From: Eledone cirrhosa
Taxonomy: Eukaryota
NCBI GenBank assembly: GCA_964016885.1
Contig: OZ024740.1
Location: 404,054,001 to 404,118,000 of the forward strand
DNA: 64,000 nucleotides
Direction: 5' to 3'
Position numbers and translations under genes: made by a program. The notes beneath the pieces are model-generated. The model did no database searches and was not told the origin of the DNA. It saw only the letters and a program-made list of their open reading frames with translations. This document shows, one piece after another, positions 31,660 to 45,944 of this stretch; within the stretch, counting starts at the first letter, position 1; every line of letters starts with the position of its first letter.

Positions 31660-33755
31660 CTATCGGAGGTATCTTACTGACCTCTACCAAGAAGTTCTTA
31701 AGGGAGATACACTTATACCAGAATGGTTGACATTAGCACAAACATTACTGGTCCCCAAGAACAAAGACACCCACTTTGCAAAAAACTACCAACCCATTGC
31801 ATGCCAGAACCTGGTGAACAAGATGTATACAGCCTGCCTGAACCTATTCCTCCAAGATCACTGTGAAAATAATAACATCATCACAGATGAACAAGCAGCT
31901 GGAAAGAAAGGGGTCTGGGGATGTGCTGAACAACTCCTACAACTCCTAATCAACAAAACTGCGATGTCGAAGGTGCGACAACTTAGGAGGAATATGGCTA
32001 CAGTCTAGTTGGACTACAGGAAAGCTTTCGATTCTGTTCCCCACTCTTGGATGATAGAGGCCCTCCAACTTGCTAAAGTCCCAGACATTATTATCAGAGC
32101 CATAGAGAAGCTGTCTTCTTCTTGGGCTATTATCCTAAGGTTAAAGACAGAGAAGGAGGACTCTATTTTCACTGATAAAATAAAATATTGCAGGGGTATA
32201 TTTGAGGGAGACAGTCTCCCTGTGATATTATTCATCCTGTCATTAAACCCCTTGTCCTTTCTGCTCAAGAAATGTGAAGGATACATCATTGGCTGACAGG
32301 AGGACAGGAATACGAACCTAACCCATAATTTCTGTGTAGATGATCTGAAACTCTATGCCAAGAATATGGATGGGATGAAGAAAAGTTTTGACCTGGTTAC
32401 AACGTTCTCAAAGGATATAGGAATGGAGTTTGGGCAAGATAAATGCTCATATATGACCGGAAACTTCGGAAACTTCCACATCAACAGTGACATAGACTGC
32501 CTTTACTTGAAACGTAAGCAGAGAGGCAGAGGCCTAACATCAGTCCAGACAACATTTGAATGTCGCATCATATCCCTCCGACAAGATCTACGAACCTCGA
32601 AGCGTAGGAGCCCGTCTCTCGAGCAAGTCTATCTACATGAAACAGATAAGATCATGAGAGTTGGGAAGGAACTCCTCGAGAGATATTCCCTGTGTGATAA
32701 TCAAAAGCTCACACCCAGGGAACTTGCTCAGCAGTATCGCAGTGAATCCATGGATGAAAAATTGCATGCTTATCAGCAAAAAATCATGCATGGATATGTT
32801 GCCAGCAAGCTCCAGAGTGAGAGTAATATAGATGAGGAAAGTAGTCTATCTTGGACTAACAACCGCTATATTGGCTCCCACTTTGAAGGATACGCTTTTG
32901 CAATCCAAGAACAGGAAATTAACACGAAATACCTGATTCACAAAAGAGATAGGGATGCAGGCAAAACACCTAGATGTGCAGACTCTGCAGAATTAACATC
33001 GATGATATCACCCATGTCATCAGCAGCTGTCCAAAGATGTCATCGTGGTAATAGTGGCCAAAACACTGTACAATGCAATCTGTAGAAAATATAGCCCCGA
33101 TAATAAACACATTAAAAGCTACAGCAATGTGGAAGACATCCATATACATAATATGAAAGAGTACTGGTGGAATGTTCCAGTAAAAACCCCAATAAAATGC
33201 AGGCATAACAGACCAGATATTATGATATGGGACAGGGAGAAGAAAGCATGCCCAGTAGTGGAAGTTAGCTGCCCAGCAGCTGCCAATATAATATCAAAGA
33301 TTAGCGAAAAGGAGAATATTTATGCAGAACTGATGAGAAATCTGCAGATACTCCACCCTGATTACACTTTCAGATTTATGCCTGTGATTATTGGGGCACT
33401 GGGATATGTTAGTAACTGCCTCAATACAAATCTTGAGAAGCTAGGCTTCACAGGAACAGAAAGAACACAACTAATTAGGAAAATACAAGTACAATCCATT
33501 AATGGAACAGTAAAAATATGTAAAACCTTCCAACGATTTTGCACCTAATAACTGCATATACACATGTACAGATACAAAGCATATACACATGCACACATAC
33601 AACTCAAAACATACACATCCACACATACAATAACATCCATATCTACACATGCATGCATACATAATCTACCTAGTTGATGTTGTGTAAATTCCAATGAGAG
33701 ACCGACTCTCTCTCTATTGGTAAAAATTTGTGAAATTATAAAACCAGAAGAACAT
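31660..33755 (+). mobile_element. 5'-truncated, internally deleted R4/Dong-like non-LTR retrotransposon (RT + restriction-like endonuclease)
   Basis: YQPIAC, LDYRKAFDSVPH, RGIFEGDSL, CVDDLKLY, RHNRPDIMIWD..VEVSCP, PVIIGALG. Contains stops and frameshifts. Followed by a (CATA)n tract. Confidence 0.85.
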
Positions 33756-33925
33756 ACATACATACACACATACCTACCTACCTAAATACATACATACATA
33801 CATTCATACATAAACTGGCATATGCGGAAAAGCATATGCATGTGGACGTACACATACATAAATCAGTAAACATACATGTGCATGCGTATACAAGTACACG
33901 TACGTGAATGCACATATATATATAT

Positions 33926-34591
33926 ATAATAACTAGAAATTGATTAACATATAAATATACATGAATAATCACAGGAGATAATTTTTACAAGCGTGTAACC
34001 ACGCATGGCTAGTTTGGGTAATAATTAAATTTATACCTTTAAGTATGATTAACCTTCCTTGTATATATCCCATTAAAGAAATATATTTCACCAATTAATC
34101 AGATGGTAAGTCACGGAAAGTGGATACTATTGGATTGTCAACAAGGAAGAATAATGTTCAGCTATCCATGCTCACACAGCGAGTTCAAATCTTCATCTGG
34201 CCGCTACCACGTGTTGTGTCTACACATCACAGCAGCTTCGTTTCAGTGGCGTGAATAGGTATTCGACAACTAGAAATAGCAGTCAAATTCCCTTCAACAG
34301 AAATAGCTCTACAATTAAGGAGCCGTATATATATCTATATCCAAAATTAAGATAAATTAAATAAATTTAATCCAAATCGAAATTGTGGGTGTTATGCCAT
34401 AACAGCGTGCGCCATATCGCCCGGAAATAAGCTCAAAGATATATCCGAGCATTTTATAATAACTAGAAATTGATTAACATATAAATATACATGAATAATC
34501 ACAGGAGATAATTATTACAAGCGTGTAACCACGTATGGCTAGTTGGGTAATAATTAAATTTATACCTTTAAGTATGATTAACCTTCCTTGG
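33926..34591. repeat. ~135-bp direct repeat (33926-34061 / 34455-34591), period about 530 bp
   Basis: Direct sequence match. Confidence 0.75.
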
Positions 34592-34684
34592 GTTACATAT
34601 ATACACGCACGAAGCTGCACACACACACATACAATACGCACACACATATACACGGATACATACATACGTACTGGGGAGATCAAA

Positions 34685-34726
<42 letters not shown>

Positions 34727-34729
<3 letters not shown>

Positions 34730-35186
34730 AAAATGTTCAACCCCGACGGCAGAGTTCAAGCCGTTTCGACGGCTATTTCTGGACTAAATTAAAATTTTTA
34801 GCCTGGTAATAAATAGCCGAACTTTTCAAGGGGTTATTGCTTATATGGGAAGATTGCCGTCGGGGTTAAACATTTTCCTATTACACACTCTACTACAGTA
34901 AGTATTGAGTACTCTGGTGCATTATGGTCCATTAGGTTACTTACCACACCTCCTTCGTTATATATATATATATATATATATAGGAAAAGGTATGACCACG
35001 ACGGCAGAGCTCAAGCCGTTTCGACGGCTATTTCTGGACTATTTTTAGTCCAGAAATAGCCGTCGAAACGGCTTGGGCTCTGTCGTCGGGGTCATGCTTT
35101 TTCCTATTTCCCACTCTACTACCCTAAGTATTGAGTACTCTGGTGCGTTATGGTCCATCTGGTTCGTTACCACAATTCCTTTGTTA
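34727..35186. mobile_element. Two adjacent fold-back pLTRs of the 20543 family; intact U3-A8 HHR on - strand at 34739-34835
   Basis: AACCCC-TTGAAAA-GTTCGGCTATTT..AAATAGCCGTC-GAAA-CGGC..GCCG-TC-GGGGTT. Confidence 0.8.
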
Positions 35187-35192
35187 TATATA

Positions 35193-35260
<68 letters not shown>

Positions 35261-35279
35261 TATAGATATATATATATAA

Positions 35280-35520
35280 GCAAAAGGGATATTCAATTTG
35301 TTAATTCAACAAATATAAATGTTTATAACTGATTCAGAGCACTCGACTGGTTTTTCTGGGATCTAATATTCAATGATATTAAATAAATGGAAACTATATT
35401 TATAAAACCATATTTATGAGATAGTACCAAAGTTTTTTGGTATCCTTGAAATATATATAATATAATATAATAGAATAAATATGGTTTTACAAATATAGTT
35501 TCCATTTATTTAATATTATT
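35280..35520. mobile_element. Fold-back pLTR fragment (family of 18787-19255)
   Basis: Inverted AATAAATGGAAACTATATTT..AAAACCATATTTA arms and a half HHR. Confidence 0.6.
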
Positions 35521-35535
35521 GTATATATATTTATA

Positions 35536-35700
35536 TACATCCACGATACAAATCATGCCCTTAGACTTTTCAACTCTTTCTTCTTCCTTCCTGGTCCCTC
35601 CCGTCTTCTCTTTACCCTGGACATCACTTCCCTCTATACTGTCATCCCTCATGATGACGGCCTCCGCGCTCTCCAACATTTTTTAGATTTACGCCCTACC
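35536..35700 (+). pseudogene. PLE RT fragment (motif A region)
   Basis: Translates YIHDTNHALRLF..LFTLDITSLYTVIPHDDGLRALQHFLD; followed by a pLTR-like tail. Confidence 0.75.
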
Positions 35701-35894
35701 CCTTTTTGATGTGAAATTGTGTGTCGAAACAAATATTGTTATACTTGGGGAGGGTCATATTGTTATAATATTACCAGAAATAATAACAGAACACACTACC
35801 TGTTTGGTTGATTTTCGCTTCTGTATCTTTTATATCTCTATAGTTAATTTATTTGACAATCAATGTTTATCACTGATATACACACACACACACG

Positions 35895-35968
<74 letters not shown>

Positions 35969-35979
35969 AATATATATAT

Positions 35980-38900
35980 AGGAACGAGTAGGACCCCGAC
36001 GGCTGAGCTCAACCCGTTTCGACGGTTTATTCTGGACTAAATGAAAATTTTTATCCTGGTACATGAATAGCCGAGCTTCTCAGGGGAAAATTCCATATAT
36101 GGTAAAAGTGATTGTCACAAGGATTGGTCAAAAGTTTGTTGTTGAGACACATAATTCTATCATGGCATTTTGTGGAAGGAAGGGGTAGCTGAACTTGCCA
36201 GTAGAAGAAAGAGGGAGAGGGAGTGGAGGAAACCCAGTCGTGCGTTGAAAGTGCCAACTACAGCAGAATCCTAAGGATAAGAGGTCAAGAGAAGTATACT
36301 AGGGAGGGGAGGGGGGAGGAAGTCGAAACAATAAGTAAATCTATATGGAGTAAATATATAGAAGAATAATAAGAATGTTAAAAATATAAAAAAACACAAT
36401 TTCTGGTTACTATTCCCCTACCACAATCATCAAATCTCTCACTGGTACTGCTAAGCTATAGAAAAGTTTAATAGGTGGGGCGGAATACTAAATACGAGAT
36501 TGTAGATTGTAGTGAAAGAATTTTATGAGTTAGTAGTAATCGGCCAAATCTATCTTACAATGACAGGTCAACAAGTAGGGGGCCAAAATACTAAAAAAAA
36601 ATAATACGAAATAATAATTCAGAGTCCCGAAATTAATACGAAATATTAATTCAGAATCCCGAAAATGAATATACGATATATAAGAGTACCGCTACAATAC
36701 ATAAATTCTAATACAAACTACATAAATGCTCGTACAATATATATGAAAAGTTTAATACGAAAAATTAATTCAAAAAAAAATACTGATATACGAGAAACTA
36801 AAGCAGAGATACGACTAAGAAATCTAGAAATCTCGGAAATGGGGCAGCAATCAGATAAGAAAGCAAGTATCTGGGGTCTATCACATCTGCTATAAAAAGC
36901 GGAGTCGGCCAATTCTATCATAGAATAGGGGGTGGGTGGGGGTACTGAGGCTACAGAGGACCGAAGGGCTGTCTCGGGGTGGGCGAGAAGGTGAAAAGAA
37001 CGACGACAAAGAAGGGGAACTGGGGTGGAAGGACTAGGAAGTGATGGGGGAAGAAGTAAATATAGAGGAAACGATAAAAAATATATAAGAAAATCTTACG
37101 TCTACCTTTGTAAGCAGGGGTTACCCATTACAAAGTCGGCAAGTGGGGTGTTACAGCCCTTGTCTACCGCTTCCCTCCGGGAAATTATGGGGTTTGAGGG
37201 CGAGGTAAGTCCTACTCAATCTGTGTTTGCATGCAGTTACCAGTTCGTCTTTCTTGTTTAGGAGTTGGTCCGTCGAAAACAGCATTTGTAATGTTTCCTC
37301 CGAGCATAAGTTACACGGACGGCGTCCTTCCGTGTAAGAGTTGGCTCTGGACAGTAAGCTCCAAGTGAGATCATAGGTTATATTGTTATTTTTGAGGTCC
37401 CAGATGTGGCCCGAAAGTGTAGTGGCGTGACGCCGGGCCGGGTTTCGGAAAGTATGTCTGTGTTGGTATAGCCGGTCTTGAAGTCACAAGCGGTTAATCC
37501 TATATAAGCTTTGTTGGAGGTGTCCGTCCTCACGTTGCACTGGTAGATCATATTACGATCTATTAATCTGTTGTCGAGGGGGCAAATGGATCCATCAGGA
37601 CAGTTACACCTCCTGGTCGGCTCTCCACTGCTATTTAGGTTATTTCTTCCATAGGGGTTGAGTTTTTTGTTATTTGAGGAGACGATATTTTGTGCAAAGT
37701 TAGGTGTGGTGCTGTAGGAGAGTTTGATGGTATTTTGTTGATTATGTTGTGGTAGCGGTGTTGTAGTGGGAAGTGTTTTTCGATGAGCCTAAAGAAGATT
37801 TTCCCGATAGGTGTTGTCACCTCGGCGTTGTGGGGAAGATTGAACCATGATACGTTGCGTGAGCGGCGGTGTCTCCTGCTGGTTCCGGTAATGGAAGCTG
37901 GACACTAGGATATTTCCTCCCGGAAGCCACTCCGCTTGAGGGCCTTGTTGTAATAAGGCGCATGTTCCTCGAATATCTGCTCATTAGCGGACAAACGAGA
38001 TATGCGTAGGGAGATGTTTTTAACCAGGTTATTGGTGATGTTTCTAGGGTGGTGTGACCGGTGGTGGATGTAGTGCAGGTTGTCGTTGGGTTTCCTGTAT
38101 GGGTAGTACAGATCATTATAGAGGTCAAGGGTAACGTCCAGGAAGTTTACTCGGGTTAGGGACGTTTGTAGGGTTATTTTAAATTCCCAGTCGCGGCAGA
38201 AGCTGATTAATTGTTTACGGACCCGGTCTGTACTACTTGGGTTGTACCCTTTAAGGGTAAGGAGCCCATCATAACGCTACAATCCACCGCGGAATGCAGG
38301 AAACATATCGGTGAGTATAATTAGTAGGAATAATCCTATAAGATCTGTGACCTCAGCCGAATCCGTCGCACCCATACTGACGTCAAAGGAGGGGGGGAGC
38401 TCTCTTTATCCATTTGGAGTTGTCGAAAAGTAGGACTGTCTTCCTGGCGTGGAGGATGATATTTCTTTCCTAGTCGGTGATGGGCGCAAGTGTCTCGGCA
38501 AAGTCCAAGGCGGCCGTAAGGAGCGGTAAGGTAATTGAAGCATAGTAACTCTCTATGTCAAACTGGATGAATTTTGTGTCTCGTTTGTCCTCCATATTGC
38601 TGAACCATGAGATTACTTCCTGGGTGTTGACCCATAGGCGTCACGCCACTACACTTTCGGGTCACATCTGGGACCTCAAAGATAACAATATAACCTATGA
38701 TCTCACTTGGAACTTACTGTCCAGAGCCAACTCTTACATGGGAGGACGCCGTCCGTGTAACTTATGCTCGGAGGAAACATTACAAATGATGTTTTCGACG
38801 GACCAACTCCTAAACAAGAAAGACGAACTGGTAACTGCATGCAAACGCAGATTGCGTAGACAAGGGCTGTAACACCCCACTTGCCGACTGTGTAATTGGT

Positions 38901-40130
38901 AATCCCTGCTTACAAAGGTAGACGTAAGATTTTCTTATATATTTTTTATCGTTTCCTCTATATTTCCTTCTTCCCCTCATCCCTTCCTAGTCCTTCCACC
39001 CCAGTTCTCCTTCTTTGTCGTCGTTCTTTTCACCTTCTCGCCCACCCCGAGACACCCCTTCGGTCCTCTGTAGCCTCAGTACCCCCACCCCACCCCCTAT
39101 TCTATGATAGAATTGGCTGACTCCGCTTTTTATAGCAGAAATGATAGACCCCAGATACTTGCTTTCTTATCTGATTGCTGCCCCATTTCCGCGATTTCTA
39201 GATTTCTTAGTGGTATCTCTGCTTTAGTTTCTTGTATATCAGTATTTTTTTTTGAATTAATTTTTCGTATTAAACTTTTCATATATATCGTACGAGCATT
39301 TATGTAGTTTGTATTAGAATTTATGTATTGTAGCGGTACTCTTATATATCGTATTAGTATTCATTTTCGGGATTCTGAATTAATATTTCGTATTAGTTTC
39401 GGGTATCTGAATTATTATTTCGTATTAGTTTTTTTAGTATTTTAGCCCCCTATTTGTTGACCTGTCATTGTAAGATAGATTTGGCCGATTACTACTAACT
39501 CATAAAATTCTTTCACTACAATCTCGTATTTAGTATTCCGTCCCACCTATTAAACTTTTCTATAGTTTAGCAGTACCAGTGAGAGATTTGATGATTGTGG
39601 TAGGAGAATAGTAACCAGAAATTGTGTTTTTTTAATATTTTTAACATTCTTATTATTCTTCTATATATTTACTCCATATAGATTTACTTATTTTTTCGAC
39701 TTCCTCCCCCCTCCCCCTCCCTAGTATACTTCTCTTGACCTCTTATCTTTAGGATTCTGCTGTAGTTGGCACTTTCAACGCACAACTGGGTTTCCTCCAC
39801 TCCTCTCCCTCTTTCTTCTACTGGCAAGTTCAACTACCCCTTCCTTCCACAAAATGCCATGATAGAATTATGTGTCGCAACGACAAACTTTTGACCAATC
39901 CTTGTGACAATCATTTTTACCATATATGGAATTACCCCCTGAGAAGCTCGGCTATTCATGTACCAGGATAAAAATGTTCATTTAGTCCAGAAAAATGTTC
40001 AATTAGTCCAGAAGGTCGAAACGGCTTGAGCTCAGCCGTCTGGGTCTTACTCGTTCCTATTACCCACTCTACTACCCTAAGTATTGAGTACTTTGGTGCG
40101 TTATGGTCCATCTGGTTCCTTAATTTTCGA
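35980..40130 (-). mobile_element. Truncated PLE (RT-EN remnants about 37200-38635) with a ~1.4-kb inverted duplication of its 3' end (38636-40130)
   Basis: Degenerate MGATDSAEVTDL, FLDVTLDL, PYRKPN and EN motifs. HHRs with CTGAGAA at 35993-36087(-) and 39934-40045(+). Confidence 0.88.
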
Positions 40131-40587
40131 GATATCTCTTCTTCGTACATATATATATGTATGTATATACATATACATATATATATGTATATATATGTAT
40201 GTATATACATATACATATATATATGTATATATATGTATGTACATATATATATGTATGTATATTCGTCCCCTCTGTCAGTTAACACTTTCTCTCGACTGAC
40301 CTCTTCCTCGCACTTCCACTCACTCACTCTCTGTTTCTCCCCTTCTCACTTCCTCCCGTTCACTAGGAGTGGGATTCTTTCTTTCTCACATCCCATTCAC
40401 AGTGAAAGGTCTGTTTTCTGAGCGCTCATGAAATTCACCTAGCTTATGCTGATCGGATAACCATGTTGCTTGTTTTTCTTCCTATCTTCGGTTAGCTTTT
40501 CCTTCTATGTTGTTTACTTGTCTCACTCGCTTTACGCGACTCACTTCTCCCAATAGCTTATTTTAGTTATTGCTCGCACCAACCTGA

Positions 40588-40669
40588 GGTATATGATTTT
40601 TAATGCGATGAAATACCAATGATCGTTGGCAAATCACTGATGAGGGACTAATTTTATAATATGTAATCC
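40588..40669 (+). ncRNA. Candidate non-circularly permuted (jumbled) hammerhead ribozyme
   Basis: GGTA-TA-TGATTT..GAAA-TACC..AAATCA-CTGATGA-hairpin. Homolog at 59265-59332; truncated copy at 25709-25812. Confidence 0.55.
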
Positions 40670-40830
40670 ATGTGCAACCATGCAGTATTCTTCTCCCCAT
40701 GTTTTTCATATATATATATATATATATATATATGTCCAAATAAATATTTGTTCTACGGTTCTTATATATTTTATATATATTTATCCTTATCGAGCCCTCT
40801 TTGGATTTTAGTCTTCAAATTTATTATTAT

Positions 40831-40974
<144 letters not shown>

Positions 40975-40993
40975 ACATATTTATATATATATA

Positions 40994-42055
<1,062 letters not shown>

Positions 42056-42666
42056 TATTTTTAGTTGGATATCAATGTAACTATACCTCTCTATATATAG
42101 TGTGGATATATGCACTTTGTGATCTATGAAATTTATGCGTTTTGACTATGTCAACATGTATTTATCTGAGTTTGATTATTTATACATAAACATACTTGAT
42201 AGTATTTTAGAGCGTATCATACGATGTATTATACTAAGTGCAATTTACCACACCGTACTATATATTGTGTTGGTTATATTATATTATTGCAATACTGTAT
42301 TTCATTATCTTATTATAATTTTCATCTTTTAATATACTATCTTTCCTAGCCATGACCTTAATTTATATTCACCTAAAAACTCTATACTACACTAATCATC
42401 ATTTATTTTTACATTCCTTTTAAACTTCACTATACCAGATACATTCAACTATCAATTTGATAATTCCTTTCCTCCTAATAGATTTTTTATGGCTATTCTA
42501 TTATTAACACCATTCAACCATTGCTTTCAAAGGGTCATGACCTCAACTAAAGTGAATTACTTTTCATCTTAACATCATATAAATAAAACAATTTGATTGG
42601 TTAGTTCTTGAACTACCTCCAAATAAGGACAAGATACTAACATACTACTAATTCTGAATAAAATTA

Positions 42667-42810
42667 TTATTGCTTTTGAAAACAGCTGGTGATATGCATG
42701 TAAGTAAATATTCTCTTTATCTGATATTTTGTAACTAACCTTACATAGATCAATAATGAAGTATAGCTACAATGTATTATCATCACCTAGAAACGATCGT
42801 AAAGTAGTGA
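42667..42810 (+). ncRNA. U3-A8 type I HHR with a ~105-nt stem II domain
   Basis: TTATTGCTT-TTGAAAA-..GGTGAT..ATCACC..-GAAA-CGATCG-TA-AAGTAGTGA (9-bp stem I with G.U pairs). Confidence 0.6.
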
Positions 42811-42986
42811 AGTATATCTCTAATGACTTGATTTTTTATTTCATTGTTTTAACTTATATCATGACTCAGTTTTCCTTTTAATGTTTTATTGTTTTCCGGG
42901 ATTTATCTTAACCTACAACATTTTCAACATATGGATTACATCGAGTTCTTCATGCAGAATAGACCCCACAACTTACTGTGGATATC

Positions 42987-43048
<62 letters not shown>

Positions 43049-43455
43049 ACGGGGATAAATGGAGCCAAGTGAATAGGATACAAAAAAGGCGTGTTTGAAG
43101 TTAGTGGACCACACTTGTTTCAGTACATTAAAATGTGAGGGTCAAGTTTATTATTAGAAAACAAGTTGTAACACTTTAATTAAAGCACAAAAATGTATGA
43201 AGAGGGTAATTACTGAGCCTTTCTCTTCCAGAAGTCATAGTTATTAATACAGGAAAAGAGTAAAGCGGAAGTGACCTTCAACGGAAAACAAAACTTAGAT
43301 ACTCTTTGTTGATATGATAATGTTATTTTTCGTTTCTATTATTTTATATAAGAGTGGGTACGGCCAGATAGAAAAACAAACAGACATACTCATGCACATG
43401 CAAACACACATATACACACACTGACATGTATATGAATGTAAAATAAATCTGGGTG

Positions 43456-43528
<73 letters not shown>

Positions 43529-43608
43529 AATATGAATCATTAATAGTCACTAATGGTCTTTCTCACTCGGATGTGAACAGCCTATACACACAGACACACA
43601 GACACACA

Positions 43609-43718
<110 letters not shown>

Positions 43719-43811
43719 GTAATAATAATAAATTTGAAGACTAAAATCCAAAGAGGGCTCGATAAGGATAAATATATATCAAATATATAAGAACCGTAGA
43801 GCAAATATATA

Positions 43812-44096
43812 TAAATTATAAAATAACAGGAGGCTGGACTGATTTCGAATACCTGATGATGTCACCGGATTCATACTGAACCCGGTCATTGAAATGATCA
43901 TAGTATAATAAACCTTTTAAGGAATTACACCACTCCAGCTCCTCTTATTTTATAATAATTAACTCCGTACTCGCACCACCAACTACACAAACGAAGACCG
44001 GTGAGTTGCATTACGTCGAGTGCTCTCCATAATATTACATCGAGGTTGACCATACGGAATAACCAGTTCTATCCATTGGTGAACCAACAAACCTAA

Positions 44097-44100
<4 letters not shown>
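43812..44100 (+). mobile_element. pLTR insertion with HHR at 43849-43906
   Basis: ATAC-CTGATGA-TG..ACCGG..CCGGT-CA..GAAA-TGATCA-TA-GTAT. Confidence 0.8.
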
Positions 44101-44119
<19 letters not shown>

Positions 44120-44127
<8 letters not shown>

Positions 44128-44770
44128 ATGAATGTATATATAGTGTATTTGGTAATACACTGTATGCTTAATTAAAAGCATTTTGAAGGCCTTACGCTAT
44201 TGTTTTAAAGTAGTGACTATGTCACTTACTTCTTTTTTCAACAAACAAAGGGAGATAAGCTGACAGATCTCTGTTTCATACTGTTGGTATTCCTCAGAGA
44301 TTAGCAATCCCCTTGTCTGTTGAAAATTATGAATGTTGGATTCTTATAGAATTCCAGTAATAATCAGGAACTTATTATACAGAGCGGTTGCCGGTCCAGT
44401 AAAAATTGAAAATTAGAATTGGTGCTCTGAAATAGCGATGTATATATGAATGTATATATAGTGTATTTGGTAATACACTCTATTTGGTAATACACATTAT
44501 TACTGGAATTCTATAAAAATCCAACATTCATAATTTTCAACAAGCAAGGGCAATGCTAAGCTCTTAGGAATACTAACAGTATGAAACAGAGATCTGTCAG
44601 CTTATCTCCCTTTGTTGAAAAAAGTAGCGACATAATCACTACTTTAAAACAATAGCGTAAGGTCTTCAAAATGCTTTTAATTAAGCATACAGTGTATTAC
44701 CAAATACACTATATATACAAACAAAGGGAGATAAGCTGACCTATCTCTGTTTCATACTGTTGGTATTCCT
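44120..44770. mobile_element. Complex tandem/inverted pLTR cluster; HHRs at 44256-44303(-) and 44557-44604(+, G5 mutated)
   Basis: TAATCT-CTGAGGA-ATAC-caaca-GTAT-GAAA-CAGAGATCTG-TC-AGCTTA. Confidence 0.8.
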
Positions 44771-45227
44771 TATTGGTGTGTACGTGCTTGTATTTGCATA
44801 CCCATGGCGAGTGTTTTCGCATATGCTTGTGTACGTACGTATATGAATGCATGTATGTATATATTTAATTTCTATTACCCCTGTATTTTATTTACATTTA
44901 TTCTTAACTCTGAAACCGAGAATCATTCGGTTTCCTAAATAGAATTTTAGTCTACGACTTCAGTTATACCATTTACGTGGTTTTGTCTTTGCATGTAATT
45001 GTTCTCACCGCTCCACATTATGACGTATTATCTTCGGGTTTTTTTTCGTTCTTAGCCAGGGAACGTTTCCACGAACCAAAGTATCGTCTTCCTGTCTTCA
45101 TTCGGTTGCAATGTTTTTTGAAATATTTACTTCTGCGTTCACAGATTGACTTTTTTAGTTTCAGAAGATCCCGTTAAGGGTGAAAGCAGCGATTCTTTGT
45201 TTAAACTTTAATCTGTTATTTTAATAA
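44770..45227 (+). mobile_element. 3' UTR/pLTR fragment of the 6401-9548 PLE family
   Basis: Reverse complement of parts of 6492-7100. Confidence 0.8.
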
Positions 45228-45269
45228 GGGAAGGGTAAAGGAAAGGAGAGTGCTCTATGTATGCTACAG

Positions 45270-45420
45270 AGCTATTTAATTGTGTAATAAACAACATAGG
45301 ACAATTATTCCATTTTTTCATACTGATGAGCGATTTCAGACGTCTCTGTTGAGCTCGTCTGTCTTCGTGAAACCTTTAGTAAATGGAGTAATTATCTGGT
45401 GTTGTTTATTACATAATTAT
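45270..45420 (+). mobile_element. Fold-back pLTR with HHR core (about 45323-45387)
   Basis: CTGATGA-GCGA..TCGT-GAAAC..GTA-AATGGA; same family as 13265. Confidence 0.6.
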
Positions 45421-45619
45421 ATATATATATATATAACGAAGGAAGTGTGGTAAGGAACCAGCTGGACCATAACGCACCAGAGTACTCCATGCTATGGGTA
45501 GTAAAGTGGGTAATAGGAAAAGAGTCAGGACCCCGACGGCTGCGCTCCGGTCTTATATATAAGAGTTTAGATAAGTTGAGATAATACAACCATACAAAAA
45601 CAAAGATTATTTCAAAGCT

Positions 45620-45692
45620 GTTTTCCCAGGAAATTGAACTCGCAACCTCACGATTGCGAATCCAATTCGCTAACCACTAAGCCACGCGCCTT
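45620..45692 (-). mobile_element. tRNA-like SINE head
   Basis: Reverse complement of the 55730-55795 head. Confidence 0.6.
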
Positions 45693-45752
45693 TTGTGAAA
45701 CTAAACTTATTGAACAAAATTGAAATCGTATTCTATTATATCCAAGATTGTG

Positions 45753-45944
45753 ACGAGCGTCGGCTGAAACGTTCATAGGCTGACTAAGATACTCTCATGT
45801 AATGACCACATTTTTCAAAATAGTCCCTGGAAATAAACAATGCTGTTCGTATTAAGAGGAGTTGAAATTAATGAATGCGTGATTTCACAGCTCTAGCATC
45901 ATTCCTTCATAGTCAGCCTATGAACCTTTTAGCCGTCCCGCGTA
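45753..45944. mobile_element. Tc1/mariner-type MITE
   Basis: ~34-bp imperfect TIRs ACGAGCGTCGGCTGAAACGTTCATAGGCTGACT / AGTCAGCCTATGAACCTTTTAGCCGTCCCGCGTA. Confidence 0.6.

Noticed and set aside
40610-40643. Type II HHR reading using the CCAATGATCGTTGG palindrome as stem III
   Set aside because: No NUH or room for stem I, and the palindrome is absent from the 59265-59332 homolog; the jumbled topology fits both copies.
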